From a virus (lineage: Duplodnaviria > Caudoviricetes): a DNA stretch of 51,177 bases. The stretch's first letter is position 1. Every line of letters begins with the position of its first letter. Location of the stretch: positions 1 through 51,177 of IMG/VR virus record IMGVR_UViG_3300045282_000148. One strand, given 5' to 3'. The notes under the pieces were generated by a model. It made no database searches, was not told the origin of the DNA, and saw nothing but the letters and a program-made list of their open reading frames with translations. Positions 1 to 9,405 of this stretch are shown piece after piece. The translations under genes and the position numbers were made by a program.

Positions 1-127
1 AGCTATACAACTCATTAAAGGTCAATTGTTTCGCGAGTTTAATGCTGGTTCAGGGATGGCCCAATGGAACAAGGAAAACGCCAATGCTCTCGATTACCAG
101 ACAAGTCCGCTACGATTGCTCACACAA
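1..127. repeat. Terminal direct repeat copy 1 (circular assembly overlap)
   Basis: 1-127 is identical to 51051-51177; an ORF reads through the junction. Confidence 0.97.
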
Positions 128-388
128 GGGGCGATCCAAGCCGGCAATCGGGTCGCAACCCAAGCCGCAAAACTTATCGGAGGCGAGAAAATCCCGGACA
201 ACATACCCCCTAACACCAAACGAGCCGCTGAAATGATCCAGGAAATGCCCGGTGCCGCGGGAGTCGTCTATGGGGCGGCGCGGAGCATCATGGCAGGGTT
301 TGGCTTAGGCGGGGGTGATGACGATACTCCCGATAACCAGCACAACCAGGAATCGAAGAAGACGAGTGTCGGAGACGGCCCCAAATGA
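1..388 (+). CDS. 3' part of origin-spanning 362-aa protein starting at 50350 (putative short tape measure)
   Basis: Frame from ATG 50350 continues ...GLGAIQLIKGQLFREFNAGSG... into ORF 26..388. Confidence 0.6.
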   Translation, partial: AIQLIKGQLFREFNAGSGMAQWNKENANALDYQTSPLRLLTQGAIQAGNRVATQAAKLIGGEKIPDNIPPNTKRAAEMIQEMPGAAGVVYGAARSIMAGFGLGGGDDDTPDNQHNQESKKTSVGDGPK

Positions 389-1362
389 ATACCGACGTGC
401 TCAAGTCTAACATGCTCAGCCTGGCGTCCGGCCCGATGCCGACGCTTCCTAATCCGTGCGATACAATCCCCGGCGGCAAGCAAATCCTCTTCTTCGAGGC
501 TTATCAAGAATCCGGCGATGCCTTCACGGATGAACGAATCAGCTTTGACCAGAATTCGGCCGCCATGATGAGGTACTGGACTAATTGGGATGCGATCTCC
601 GATCCAGCGTTGGCTCAAATCCTGCGCACGACGCTCGTTGGAGGCTGGTATGAGCCGACAGGCGAGAAGATCACTCCCCACCAGCATCCTTACATTCCGG
701 GACTCTATTGTAAAGACATCGTGAGTGTTCAATCGGTAGCCTGCGGACCACAGGACTTCGCCGGAATTAGGACGCCGATTCCGTTTCAGCTCGGATTATT
801 GACGCTCAGTTACACGAGTCGTCCGTATGATATGGGAGCAGAAACCGCCTACGACAATGCCAATCTATACAATCCGAACTGGGTTGAAGTCCGCATCAAA
901 CAAACCAATCAACACAGCAATTTCGGTTTCGCAATTTGGGCATTTGATAGCGATAATCTCCCGGCCACTTTGGGCAATTTCGTAACGTCGGGAATCAGCT
1001 ATATCACTTGCATTTTCCACGATATTCCTGACAGTTTGCTGTACTCCGGAAATGGCCTAGCGCCGAAAACAGTATTTCAAGATGATCTTGGAAAAGTAAA
1101 CAGTACAACTCTATTCGGAATGACTAGATGGACCATACTTGCCGACAGTGCTGATATTGAGCCTTACGGAGACTATTTTGATCCGGCAATCAATCATAAC
1201 ACCGTAACGATCAACTTCATCTACAACAGCATCGGCTGGAACAAAACAGCGCGATATAACGGAACATATGAAAACATCCATTATGTCGGCGATGCAAGTC
1301 AAAAGCCCTATAATGAAGTCAACTTCCTCCAGGCTTTTTTCAACAGAATCAATCCGCCATGA
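385..1362 (+). CDS. Putative tail (hub/distal) structural protein
   Basis: 325 aa, ATGA-coupled directly after the tape-measure candidate; positional call only. Confidence 0.5.
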   Translation: MNTDVLKSNMLSLASGPMPTLPNPCDTIPGGKQILFFEAYQESGDAFTDERISFDQNSAAMMRYWTNWDAISDPALAQILRTTLVGGWYEPTGEKITPHQHPYIPGLYCKDIVSVQSVACGPQDFAGIRTPIPFQLGLLTLSYTSRPYDMGAETAYDNANLYNPNWVEVRIKQTNQHSNFGFAIWAFDSDNLPATLGNFVTSGISYITCIFHDIPDSLLYSGNGLAPKTVFQDDLGKVNSTTLFGMTRWTILADSADIEPYGDYFDPAINHNTVTINFIYNSIGWNKTARYNGTYENIHYVGDASQKPYNEVNFLQAFFNRINPP

Positions 1363-1979
1363 ACCGGGCTAAATTTGGAGCCTTCAAGACGCGAGTTTTG
1401 GCAACCCGCGATCCAGTTATATCTGGCGCTAACAGCGCTCAAATGCCAAACGGCGATCCGCGTTTTGCGATTCCAAGCACTCGGACCGAGGTTGTGTTTA
1501 CGGCCTTGATTGGAGGTGACCCCAATTCCAATGGCGGTCTTGACTCGAACGGCTATCAACAGTGCTATCTAGTCACTTACGAATTCGGGATGACCGGCAC
1601 GAGTCAATGGCCAGAAGCTCGACTGGATGTAACCGACACGAATAGCCCGAGCGCTAATTTCGGTGCTAAGGCGTTTGTCTATTCCTTTCGGTTCAGTTTC
1701 ACGCACGACTCGCCAGACCCTACGGACGATGGATTCTTGCTGTTGAAGCCGACCGTCGCTTCCGCGACTGCTCAAATGGCAAAGGGGCAACTTACCGGAA
1801 CTCTGACGCTCGGCGGCAGCGTCAACGTCTCAGTTGCCGTTGCTATCAATAGTACCGTGTCCGGAACGATTGTAGTTCACGACAGCAACAGCGACTTTAC
1901 GGGCACAAGCGGCAAGCACTGCCTGTGTGTCTATGATACGACTCATGCGCGCTGGGATTTTATTTGGGTCGCGTGCTGA
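1359..1979 (+). CDS. Putative tail structural protein
   Basis: 206 aa, ATGA-coupled, Thr/Gly/Ser-rich. Confidence 0.45.
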   Translation: MNRAKFGAFKTRVLATRDPVISGANSAQMPNGDPRFAIPSTRTEVVFTALIGGDPNSNGGLDSNGYQQCYLVTYEFGMTGTSQWPEARLDVTDTNSPSANFGAKAFVYSFRFSFTHDSPDPTDDGFLLLKPTVASATAQMAKGQLTGTLTLGGSVNVSVAVAINSTVSGTIVVHDSNSDFTGTSGKHCLCVYDTTHARWDFIWVAC

Positions 1980-2477
1980 ATGGCCGGTATTCAAGTCCAA
2001 CCATGCTGTTGTTCTCATCCTCCAGGTGTGGATTGTCCCGACAATTGCATATCGGGCACGACGCCGCAAACCATGCAGGTGAACTTTCCGAGCGGCGGAT
2101 TCTCTAACGGGGATTGCTCAACCTGCATATCGGCACTGGACGGCCATATGTTTACTTGCCCGCAATGCGTTGGGGCTTACGGCTCTGGAACCTGCCCTTC
2201 CGGTATAGATGTCTGCGAGTGGGACCTAGAAATGAATTGGTGTCCTTTTCACGGAAGCGGTGGCTTGACCGTTGGGTTCAGCATCATTGCTCACAGAATT
2301 GTCCTCAGCGTATTCCTCTTTGCTCCGCGTACCTCCGCGGAAGCTGGCTGGACGCTCGATCTCGGGCCAGACACGACGCCGGTCCCTTGCAATACGTCGT
2401 GGACTGTGCCCTTGACATCATTCCCCGGATTTAGCTGCAGCGCGTATCCTGCCACGGTCCAGGTGACGGCCGTCTGA
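1980..2477 (+). CDS. Cys-rich putative tail-tip protein
   Basis: 165 aa, 14 Cys including N-terminal PCCC. Confidence 0.5.
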   Translation: MAGIQVQPCCCSHPPGVDCPDNCISGTTPQTMQVNFPSGGFSNGDCSTCISALDGHMFTCPQCVGAYGSGTCPSGIDVCEWDLEMNWCPFHGSGGLTVGFSIIAHRIVLSVFLFAPRTSAEAGWTLDLGPDTTPVPCNTSWTVPLTSFPGFSCSAYPATVQVTAV

Positions 2478-2959
2478 TGCTTCACAAGTTCCCGCCTCCG
2501 CCATGGCCCGACCGCATTGTCTGCGAGGTCTGCGGTCACAAGGTCGCGCCGAACACGCTAGACTTCGATCCGGCTAAGGTTGATCCTGAATGCGGTGAGG
2601 GACCGAAGCCGGAGCCGCCGTGCGAGGGTGCGTGTCCGGGCGAGGAGTACATGATTCTGACCAATACGCTCGGTTTGCGCGCTAGCCTTGGCTGCGACTG
2701 TCCGAAGATCAAGGCGGACATGGATCGCTTGAAAATCGAAGGCTGTATCGCACAGCGAGAAGAGTTAATCGCTCGGCTGCAAAAGAACTACGCGGCTCAT
2801 TTTAGCTACAAGGACTTATTCGCCGCTGCACGCCGAGCCAAGAAGCGCGAAGCGTTCAAGCTGCTTCGGAAGCTGCGGAGGCTCAATCCAAACGCGGCTA
2901 TCGAACGGCTTTTCGATTTGGCCATAGAGAAAGCCGTTAATGATCGGCCGGCGTCTTGA
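2477..2959 (+). CDS. Cys-containing hypothetical protein
   Basis: 160 aa, CEVC and GCDC motifs, TGATG coupling. Confidence 0.6.
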   Translation: MLHKFPPPPWPDRIVCEVCGHKVAPNTLDFDPAKVDPECGEGPKPEPPCEGACPGEEYMILTNTLGLRASLGCDCPKIKADMDRLKIEGCIAQREELIARLQKNYAAHFSYKDLFAAARRAKKREAFKLLRKLRRLNPNAAIERLFDLAIEKAVNDRPAS

Positions 2960-3134
2960 CGTTGCCGGCATTCTGACCCGGTTTGAGGGGTTGCGCTATC
3001 TTCCCGGTGTTTTCCAAATCCCATTGGATAATGCCCATCACCACAGCGGGAATGACGAAAAACCCCAGTACGAGCCAGATCACAGCACTATTCAAGAACT
3101 CGCCCACATCGGTCTTAATTGGTTCATTCCTCAT
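2937..3134 (-). CDS. Small single-pass membrane protein
   Basis: 65 aa, hydrophobic AVIWLVLGFFVIPAVVMGII; AGGAGA RBS; own promoter and structured leader. Confidence 0.6.
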   Translation of the reverse strand: MRNEPIKTDVGEFLNSAVIWLVLGFFVIPAVVMGIIQWDLENTGKIAQPLKPGQNAGNVKTPADH

Positions 3135-3147
3135 GGCATGGTCTCCT

Positions 3148-3237
3148 AAAAAGCCCCCGGCTCGCGCCGACTTCGGCTGTCACGCTGAAAGATGACGCAA
3201 GCGCGGGGGCGTGAATTGGGATAGCGTGACAGCCAAC
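3148..3237 (-). promoter_or_regulatory. Structured leader / attenuator-like switch
   Basis: 3223-3236 pairs with 3173-3186; 3194-3210 pairs with 3153-3168 and is followed by U5 on the minus strand. Confidence 0.6.
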
Positions 3238-3244
3238 GCCCTTC

Positions 3245-3296
3245 AGCATAGGGCAGCTCTATAGCGATTGCAAGCTGAACGGGGGTACAGTAGACT
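3245..3296. promoter_or_regulatory. Divergent sigma70-like promoters sharing palindromic -35 TTGCAA (3268-3273)
   Basis: Plus: TTGCAA-17-TAGACT; minus: TTGCAA-17-TATGCT. Confidence 0.65.
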
Positions 3297-3303
3297 TTCA
3301 GGC

Positions 3304-3627
3304 ATGAGCGATTTGAACGCATTAGCCGATTTGCTCGAAAGAGCAGCCAAGGCACTCCGCGAGTGCCAGCGACTTCTTCCCAAAGAACAAAAAGAGGACC
3401 AATCTCTCATTCTTAGAACTGAAATCAGCGGAAGGCTGTTTAATGTTTTAAGACATGCCGGGATCAACACTTGGGAGCAGGCGGCATCGTACAGTGAGGA
3501 TGATTTTCTTTCTGCAAAGAATGTCGGCGAGTGCACCGTTCGTGAACTTGCTAAACGTCTGTGCGAAAGAGGTCTTCAATTCGCATCTTTGCCTGAATCC
3601 CCGTGTCGATTACCTACTATCGGCTAA
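3304..3627 (+). CDS. RNA polymerase alpha C-terminal-domain-like protein
   Basis: EISGRLFNVLRHAGINTWEQAASYSEDDFLSAKNVGECTVREL resembles the RpoA alpha-CTD consensus; leaderless ATG at 3304. Confidence 0.8.
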   Translation: MSDLNALADLLERAAKALRECQRLLPKEQKEDQSLILRTEISGRLFNVLRHAGINTWEQAASYSEDDFLSAKNVGECTVRELAKRLCERGLQFASLPESPCRLPTIG

Positions 3628-4814
3628 GCTGCGGTCGAGTGGATGAGGCTATCGAGGGCCATGCTCCAAGCATCGAGACAGTCATCATGCGTCAATGTGC
3701 TTGGGAAATCGCGCCCCTCTCGGATCAACTCCCAGCCACCTTCATTGGCCAGAACCTTCACCAGCTTTTGATGCAATGGTGCAGCAAGGCGTTGAATCCT
3801 CGTGGTCTTATGCTCGTGGAGCTTCACTGGAACGAGCTTTGGCATTCCACCTTCGGGCCACATGCTGCGGAAAGAATCAGCGGTCCACAGCGCCATGCCG
3901 CTACAGTCGACGACGAGCATTTCAGGTCGATAACGATCCGACAATTTCTTTACATGCTCAAGTAGCTTCGGTCCAGACGTTCTCAGGGCTTCCACGTGAA
4001 GGTATTGTTTGTGATTCGACCAACCGAGCATGACAATGCCCTGATAATCGCTGGCCATATTTCCTTCCGATAGATCAACCGCCAGAGCCGAGCGCTGATA
4101 CGCCTCTGGAATCGAATCCACGAGCACGTCTTCCCAGTATTCTGCGGGCCAGATAGCATCCGCCGAGGCGACAAACTCGCCCATGTATTCCTGACGCCAA
4201 GCACTTTCGTTGTAAGGCGTCCGCTTGGCCCTGACTTCTTCTTCCGTAATTGTAGGGTTTACCCATGTCGGGTAATGCAAATGAAGCCATTCTGGATCGT
4301 TCTTTGTCGCTTGATAAAGGTCATGCAACCAGTTTATCCCGTTAGGGGTGCTCGCCAGCACAGCCCAGCCGCGTTTATCCATTAACGCCGGACTTAAATC
4401 TTGCTCCCACACGCTTCTCTTCACGAACGCCGCCTCGTCAATCACCAATCCGCTCAGACCGCGGCCGCGGAGCGATTTATCGCCGGCTGCCGAAAGGTAT
4501 GTGATCCGACTCCCGTTCGGCAGGTAGAACGTGTTTTCACTCTTGCGAAACAGCACGTCATGCCGGTGTCCAAGCACCTCATGCATGGTGTCTATTCCCA
4601 CGCCGATCTGGATGGCTGTCGGGCCGATCCACCAGTAAATGCCCGGCCGCTGCCAGGCGCGGGCTAGGACGCTCATTGTGGCCCCCTGCGTCTTTCCAGA
4701 GCGGCGACCAGCGATGCAAATCGTTCTCGGCCTGTCGGTCAGAATCAATTCCGCCTGATGGTCCCAAGGCGAGATTGCCAAGTCAGTTGGATTCAGCGGT
4801 GGTGTCGATGCCAT
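3624..4814 (-). CDS. terL: Terminase large subunit
   Basis: Walker A AGRRSGKT, Walker B LVIDEAAF, motif III ASTPNG, nuclease motifs AVDLS and HDDCLDA. Confidence 0.93.
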   Translation of the reverse strand: MASTPPLNPTDLAISPWDHQAELILTDRPRTICIAGRRSGKTQGATMSVLARAWQRPGIYWWIGPTAIQIGVGIDTMHEVLGHRHDVLFRKSENTFYLPNGSRITYLSAAGDKSLRGRGLSGLVIDEAAFVKRSVWEQDLSPALMDKRGWAVLASTPNGINWLHDLYQATKNDPEWLHLHYPTWVNPTITEEEVRAKRTPYNESAWRQEYMGEFVASADAIWPAEYWEDVLVDSIPEAYQRSALAVDLSEGNMASDYQGIVMLGWSNHKQYLHVEALRTSGPKLLEHVKKLSDRYRPEMLVVDCSGMALWTADSFRSMWPEGGMPKLVPVKLHEHKTTRIQRLAAPLHQKLVKVLANEGGWELIREGRDFPSTLTHDDCLDAWSMALDSLIHSTAA

Positions 4815-5142
4815 TCCGCCTCCAATCCAATAGCACTACCTTGGGATCTTCTTCCTGCGTCTCGCTGACTTCGGTCAGATCCGGCGACTTGATAGGCGTG
4901 CCGATTATCGTATCCACAACCCACTTCTTGGCGTCCCCATTGCCGGCTAGAGCTAGTTCGATAGAGTCTCGCATTAACTGAAATAGCTCTTCCGGCTTGA
5001 TAGAATCGACCATGATCCGCTTCAGGTCAATGACCTTCTGACGCATATTGCGGACATCCTTCGCGACCTTTTTTCCGACACTGCCATTCAGTCTGGCTAT
5101 AAGTGGTTTCTCACCATTTGAGTCTGGATTGTTGTTTACCAT
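4783..5142 (-). CDS. Putative terminase small subunit
   Basis: Directly upstream of and overlapping terL; ALAGNGDAKKWVVDTIIGTP resembles phage TerS-like proteins. Confidence 0.6.
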   Translation of the reverse strand: MVNNNPDSNGEKPLIARLNGSVGKKVAKDVRNMRQKVIDLKRIMVDSIKPEELFQLMRDSIELALAGNGDAKKWVVDTIIGTPIKSPDLTEVSETQEEDPKVVLLDWRRNGIDTTAESN

Positions 5143-5145
5143 GAT

Positions 5146-6171
5146 TCACCAACTCTTGCTAAGGCCGCCGTCGGCCCCGTCACCGAGACATGACGACCAT
5201 GTACATCGTAGCGCGTCTTGGACATATGGAAACTCAAGCTGCAGGTCGTAGAACGTTGTCGCGCCGTTCGGGTTGATGGCGATTTTGAGTCCCATGATCT
5301 CGATTGCTGCGCGGCCAGCCGCGTCACCGCCTCCGCCACGATCCACGACTCCACAGATTCTCGGCGTCCACGAACTGTTCGCGTCTTGATCCGCTTGCGA
5401 GCGTCCCTTGAGATTCATTTCGCAATCGTAGAGCCTGACCGGGCCGCTGCGAGCAATCACACCGAAGCAGCCGCCGTTGGTTTGGTTGCTCGTCTCACCG
5501 CGAGAGTTCGACAACGAGGCGTCACCAAAGATTCGGCACCTCCGCAGCGTCACGTCTTGTCCGTTGCCGCTGTTCTCGGCAGCTACGCCTACTCGACCAG
5601 TTGTGATGTCGCAGTCTTCGAGAGTCAGTACATTGCCCTCAGACCAGCAATAGCACGTCCAATCGCGGCACCACAAATTGCAACGCCTAATGGTTGCGTT
5701 GAAAGGTCCAGGTGGTAGTCCGAAAGCTCCGTTGTCGAATCCGACGCAACGGCCGTCTTCGGCGAAATACCAGCAGTCGTTCTTGAGCGTCAAATCCTCA
5801 ACGACCGTGTTCTGCAACGCGAAGCTGCACCCGAGCGTGTCCGAGATAATCGAACTCGTCAGGATCGTTTTCTCGCGTCCCATGCCGCGAATCGTTACGT
5901 GATCCGGTAGGATGACGTGGCCGGCTGCATTAGGCCCGAAGTCGAACGTACCTAACCCGATCTTGAGCAGAGCACCCGGCGACACTCGCGGAAGTACGTA
6001 CTGCTGCACCATGTTGCCGAGTGATGCCGCTTTGCGATCGGTCGAATAGAAGCTGAGCGGCTGTTTCGCGCCCGGATTGTAAAGCAGCACGTCGCACGGC
6101 TGGCCGTATGGACCGATGATCGGCGGCGTGGGCGATGGATTGTACGGCGGGGGTTGTGGTCCGATGCTCAT
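5146..6171 (-). CDS. Pectin-lyase-like beta-helix protein
   Basis: GTFDF...VTIRGMGREKTIL, VVEDLTL and repeated IRRC/LEDC/LRRC strands. Confidence 0.65.
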   Translation of the reverse strand: MSIGPQPPPYNPSPTPPIIGPYGQPCDVLLYNPGAKQPLSFYSTDRKAASLGNMVQQYVLPRVSPGALLKIGLGTFDFGPNAAGHVILPDHVTIRGMGREKTILTSSIISDTLGCSFALQNTVVEDLTLKNDCWYFAEDGRCVGFDNGAFGLPPGPFNATIRRCNLWCRDWTCYCWSEGNVLTLEDCDITTGRVGVAAENSGNGQDVTLRRCRIFGDASLSNSRGETSNQTNGGCFGVIARSGPVRLYDCEMNLKGRSQADQDANSSWTPRICGVVDRGGGGDAAGRAAIEIMGLKIAINPNGATTFYDLQLEFPYVQDALRCTWSSCLGDGADGGLSKSW

Positions 6172-6182
6172 TGTTTGGTTCC

Positions 6183-8693
6183 TTAGCTTTGATCGGTGAT
6201 TAACTCGATGCTGAAAGTCGGCCAGACGCTAGAGCTTTCGCCGCTGATGTCGGTCGCCAGATACGGTCCAAGTGTGCCGCCTCCCGCAAACCAAATTGCT
6301 CCTGGTGCAGACAGTCCGCTGTCGCCGCTTTGCGTGCCCGTCACGCCCGACGGCGTGATCGTTCGCAATCCAGCAACACTTAGATTGATAAACGGGTCGT
6401 AGGCAAAATACGTTACGTCGGGCTTGATCGTATTAGCCCCCTCCTTCATCACTTCCAACGACAACGGGCTGTGTATCCCCGTATATGGCGTCGTGACGTT
6501 GATCTTGAGCGAGACCAGTTTGCCAATTATCCCTATGCCCGGTGCCGATCCAATGTTTCCTGTGTAGGTCAGTTTCGAGTAGGTGTAGAGCGGATTGCCG
6601 GCAGTCGCTTGCGAGAAATTGATTGCGTTTGAACTTCCGATGCAGTTTGAGAACGTGCAGGCCGGTGCGGGATGTGTGTCTACTTCTCCCACACCGCCTG
6701 GAATCGTAGGGAAGCCGCCAGCTTGGTCGGTTGTGATTAGGGTATTGCTGCCGCTTTTAGAAACGTCCAGGACTGTGAACGGGAAGGAGTAGCGATAGGT
6801 TCCCCCAAAAAACAGCTTAGCGCCAGGAACAGCCCACGCTACGGGTTCACCGCTATTGTTAATAGTGATGACGCCGCCGCTCATCGTGGCCCCTAAAGCG
6901 ACCAAGTTAGTCTGCTGAAATCCGCCAGCAGTAATTGCGCTAATTGTGCAGTTGTCGCACTCAATTTCCGAACTGACTCCGTAGGCAATTGCTCCTGGGC
7001 CAAGAGAAGCGATGGTTGAGTTGGTGATCGTGGCAGTCTTGGGATGGCCGTTCATCGTGTTGTTAACAGTGCTGCTATCCATCGTCAGATTGTTATTCGA
7101 CCCGCTTTGAAATATCAACTGGCGCCACGTCGAACCTGAAATCACGATCGTATCGTTGAGCTTGTCGATCTCCATGTCGCAGTTGGTGGCCGTGCAGCCG
7201 GTTGCCGTCCAGAGAAGATTTTGCGTCGGAATAGGTCCATTACTTCCCGTAAACACGCAATTTGTGTACGTGACCTTACGGCCTTGTGAATAGGTTTGTG
7301 ACGATTGGTCAATTGTCAAGTTCCGATACTCAACCTCGGCGTCCCAACTAGGATCAAGCGCGTAGAGTGTCGCAGGCCCACCCTGATCGAAGTTAGTGCC
7401 GTCTCCGGCATTGTAGAGCGGCCATGTAGATTTATAACTATTAACGAGCGGTGTCGTAAAACCGACAACCCCGGTCCCCGCGTTGATCGAAGCAACTTTG
7501 AGGTACTCAAAGAATTGGGGGTTGGTGGGTCCGCCGTAACCTTGCAAATCAATTCCCGTCAGCAGCGCATACTGGCCGACTGTGAACAGCGAGGTCTGTG
7601 CATGAGTGTTTAGCGTGACCGACGATGCCCCTGCTGAGACAGTTGCTACGCGGGCGCTATGCAGATTGTCGCCAATCTGTCCCTGCCCGCCTAAAAAGAA
7701 TCCATTGCCAGCGCCGCCGTTATCGCTGAGCGCGGCTGATCCGGTTCCTACGACCAGCAGGTTTTTAATTCCCTTGGCGATGTATGTGCCCGTCCCGCCG
7801 CTCTTGAATTCGTAAGCTCCTGTGCTGCTTGGAATGGTCAGCGTTATCAGACCAGGATGCGCCTGCTGCCAGTTATTTGCCCAGGCGTTAAACGAAACGA
7901 ACGCTCCGCTGTCATCCGTAGTGCCATCCCCTACCGCCTTGAAATGCGTCTTGATGTTGACGTTAGGCCCCTGAATCGCCAAGAACGGGTACGTGGTTCC
8001 TAGCCCAAAGTTGTAGAGCGCGGTCACTTCTGCACTCGTGATTGCCCTAGACCAAATCCCTGCTTCATCAATGATCGCGTTTGGCTCACGGCCAGAACTT
8101 AAATTGTTGTGGCCGATATACGAGTTCGCCGCGATTGCGGCGATCGGTCCGTTGGCCGCTGCCGTACCGTCCACGGCACCGTTGACATAGCCTACAAGCC
8201 CGGAGACGGAATCATAGGTCATTACGAGATGATGCCATTGGTTTAATGACAGCGCATGCGAGCCAGTCTCATCGTAAGAGACGCTGCCGTTTCCGTAGAC
8301 GTAGCACGCCAATAATCCAGAAGGCCGCACATAGAGAAAGTTGAAATGCGTTCCATCCACTTCACGAAAATGAATTGCGTTAGCGAGGCCATTAGAATTT
8401 ACTAAAGTCGAGAAATTGACCCACGCAGCAAACGAAAACGCTGGCGGGTTTAGAGATGAACTGCTGCCGAGGTCAAAATACTTTGGGCCAGTGTCCGACA
8501 GGAGCGCGCCATTGTTGATCTTGCCGGTCGTATAAGTGACTGTGCCGACATTCGTGGCCGTGAATCCATTGCCCGTCGCATCGGCAGCGTTGCCGCTCGA
8601 CTCGTCCATGCGCCAGTAGGCGACGAGGCCATTAAGTAGCGATGAGGGCGGAATAACAGTGCCAGCAACAACTCCTGGAATGAGACAAATCAT
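6183..8693 (-). CDS. LamG-like domain plus beta-helix tailspike/receptor-binding protein
   Basis: LVAYWRMDESSG...NQWHHLVMTYD...IDEAGIWSRAITSAEV (LamG) followed by FKAVGDGTTDDSGAF (pectate-lyase-3-type start). Confidence 0.85.
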   Translation of the reverse strand: MICLIPGVVAGTVIPPSSLLNGLVAYWRMDESSGNAADATGNGFTATNVGTVTYTTGKINNGALLSDTGPKYFDLGSSSSLNPPAFSFAAWVNFSTLVNSNGLANAIHFREVDGTHFNFLYVRPSGLLACYVYGNGSVSYDETGSHALSLNQWHHLVMTYDSVSGLVGYVNGAVDGTAAANGPIAAIAANSYIGHNNLSSGREPNAIIDEAGIWSRAITSAEVTALYNFGLGTTYPFLAIQGPNVNIKTHFKAVGDGTTDDSGAFVSFNAWANNWQQAHPGLITLTIPSSTGAYEFKSGGTGTYIAKGIKNLLVVGTGSAALSDNGGAGNGFFLGGQGQIGDNLHSARVATVSAGASSVTLNTHAQTSLFTVGQYALLTGIDLQGYGGPTNPQFFEYLKVASINAGTGVVGFTTPLVNSYKSTWPLYNAGDGTNFDQGGPATLYALDPSWDAEVEYRNLTIDQSSQTYSQGRKVTYTNCVFTGSNGPIPTQNLLWTATGCTATNCDMEIDKLNDTIVISGSTWRQLIFQSGSNNNLTMDSSTVNNTMNGHPKTATITNSTIASLGPGAIAYGVSSEIECDNCTISAITAGGFQQTNLVALGATMSGGVITINNSGEPVAWAVPGAKLFFGGTYRYSFPFTVLDVSKSGSNTLITTDQAGGFPTIPGGVGEVDTHPAPACTFSNCIGSSNAINFSQATAGNPLYTYSKLTYTGNIGSAPGIGIIGKLVSLKINVTTPYTGIHSPLSLEVMKEGANTIKPDVTYFAYDPFINLSVAGLRTITPSGVTGTQSGDSGLSAPGAIWFAGGGTLGPYLATDISGESSSVWPTFSIELITDQS

Positions 8694-9139
8694 TAGGTAA
8701 TCCCGCTGCCGACCATGATCCAGGCGTCAGCCGATTTCTTCCATAGCGAGCACGTCGGATAGACTCCGGACGTCGCCGCAGCAAGCGTGCGATTGGTGTT
8801 AGCGCCGTTGATCGTTAATGCACCCGTCACGGCAATCGTCCAAGCGCCCGCGCTTGTGTTTGTGAGCGTAATTGCATAACTAGGGCCTATTGGAATAGCC
8901 TGCGTTGCATTCAACGGAACTGTAACCGTTGTGCCGGCATTATTCGCATCCAACGTGAATGATTGGCCTTTATCTGCAAGCAGCAACCCGTAGCTATCGA
9001 CAAGACTTGTGACCGAGGCCGGAGTAAAGCCGCCGGCCGCGAGGTTGACAGCCGGCACAAAGGGATCAGAGGGCGTACCGGAGCCGCTTGCAGCCTTCCA
9101 AAGACCGCCGGTGCCGAAAATAGGAAAACTAAGAGCCAT
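8693..9139 (-). CDS. Putative fibre-associated structural protein
   Basis: GSGTPSDPF N-terminus; LLLADKG...TVTVP...IPIG...LWKKSADAWIMVG fibre-tip-like C-terminus. Confidence 0.55.
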   Translation of the reverse strand: MALSFPIFGTGGLWKAASGSGTPSDPFVPAVNLAAGGFTPASVTSLVDSYGLLLADKGQSFTLDANNAGTTVTVPLNATQAIPIGPSYAITLTNTSAGAWTIAVTGALTINGANTNRTLAAATSGVYPTCSLWKKSADAWIMVGSGIT

Positions 9140-9190
9140 ATTTCCCCCTCGGCGGCCGTGACTCCGAACGCCATGAAGAGTTGTAGGTGA

Positions 9191-9394
9191 TTAGCCAATG
9201 GCGATTTCTGAGTGAGTCGCAAGCGCCGAGAGTTGCTTCAACTTTGCTCGAGCACTTGCGTGGCGTTCTTTCTCGCTATCGAGCTGAGTTTTCAGAGCAG
9301 CGTTTTCCTGCTCCAGTCCTTGAATCTTGAGTAGGAATTCCTCGCGCGCCTTCTCGAAGGAATCGTTGGCTTGTTTCATTTCAGATTCGGTCAT
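9191..9394 (-). CDS. Small coiled-coil protein
   Basis: 67 aa, heptad-like, in operon. Confidence 0.55.
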   Translation of the reverse strand: MTESEMKQANDSFEKAREEFLLKIQGLEQENAALKTQLDSEKERHASARAKLKQLSALATHSEIAIG

Positions 9395-9405
9395 GGGATT
9401 GATCC

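Noticed and set aside
1-127. Biological direct terminal repeat
   Set aside because: 127 bp equals a common assembler k-mer and falls mid-gene; best read as circular overlap
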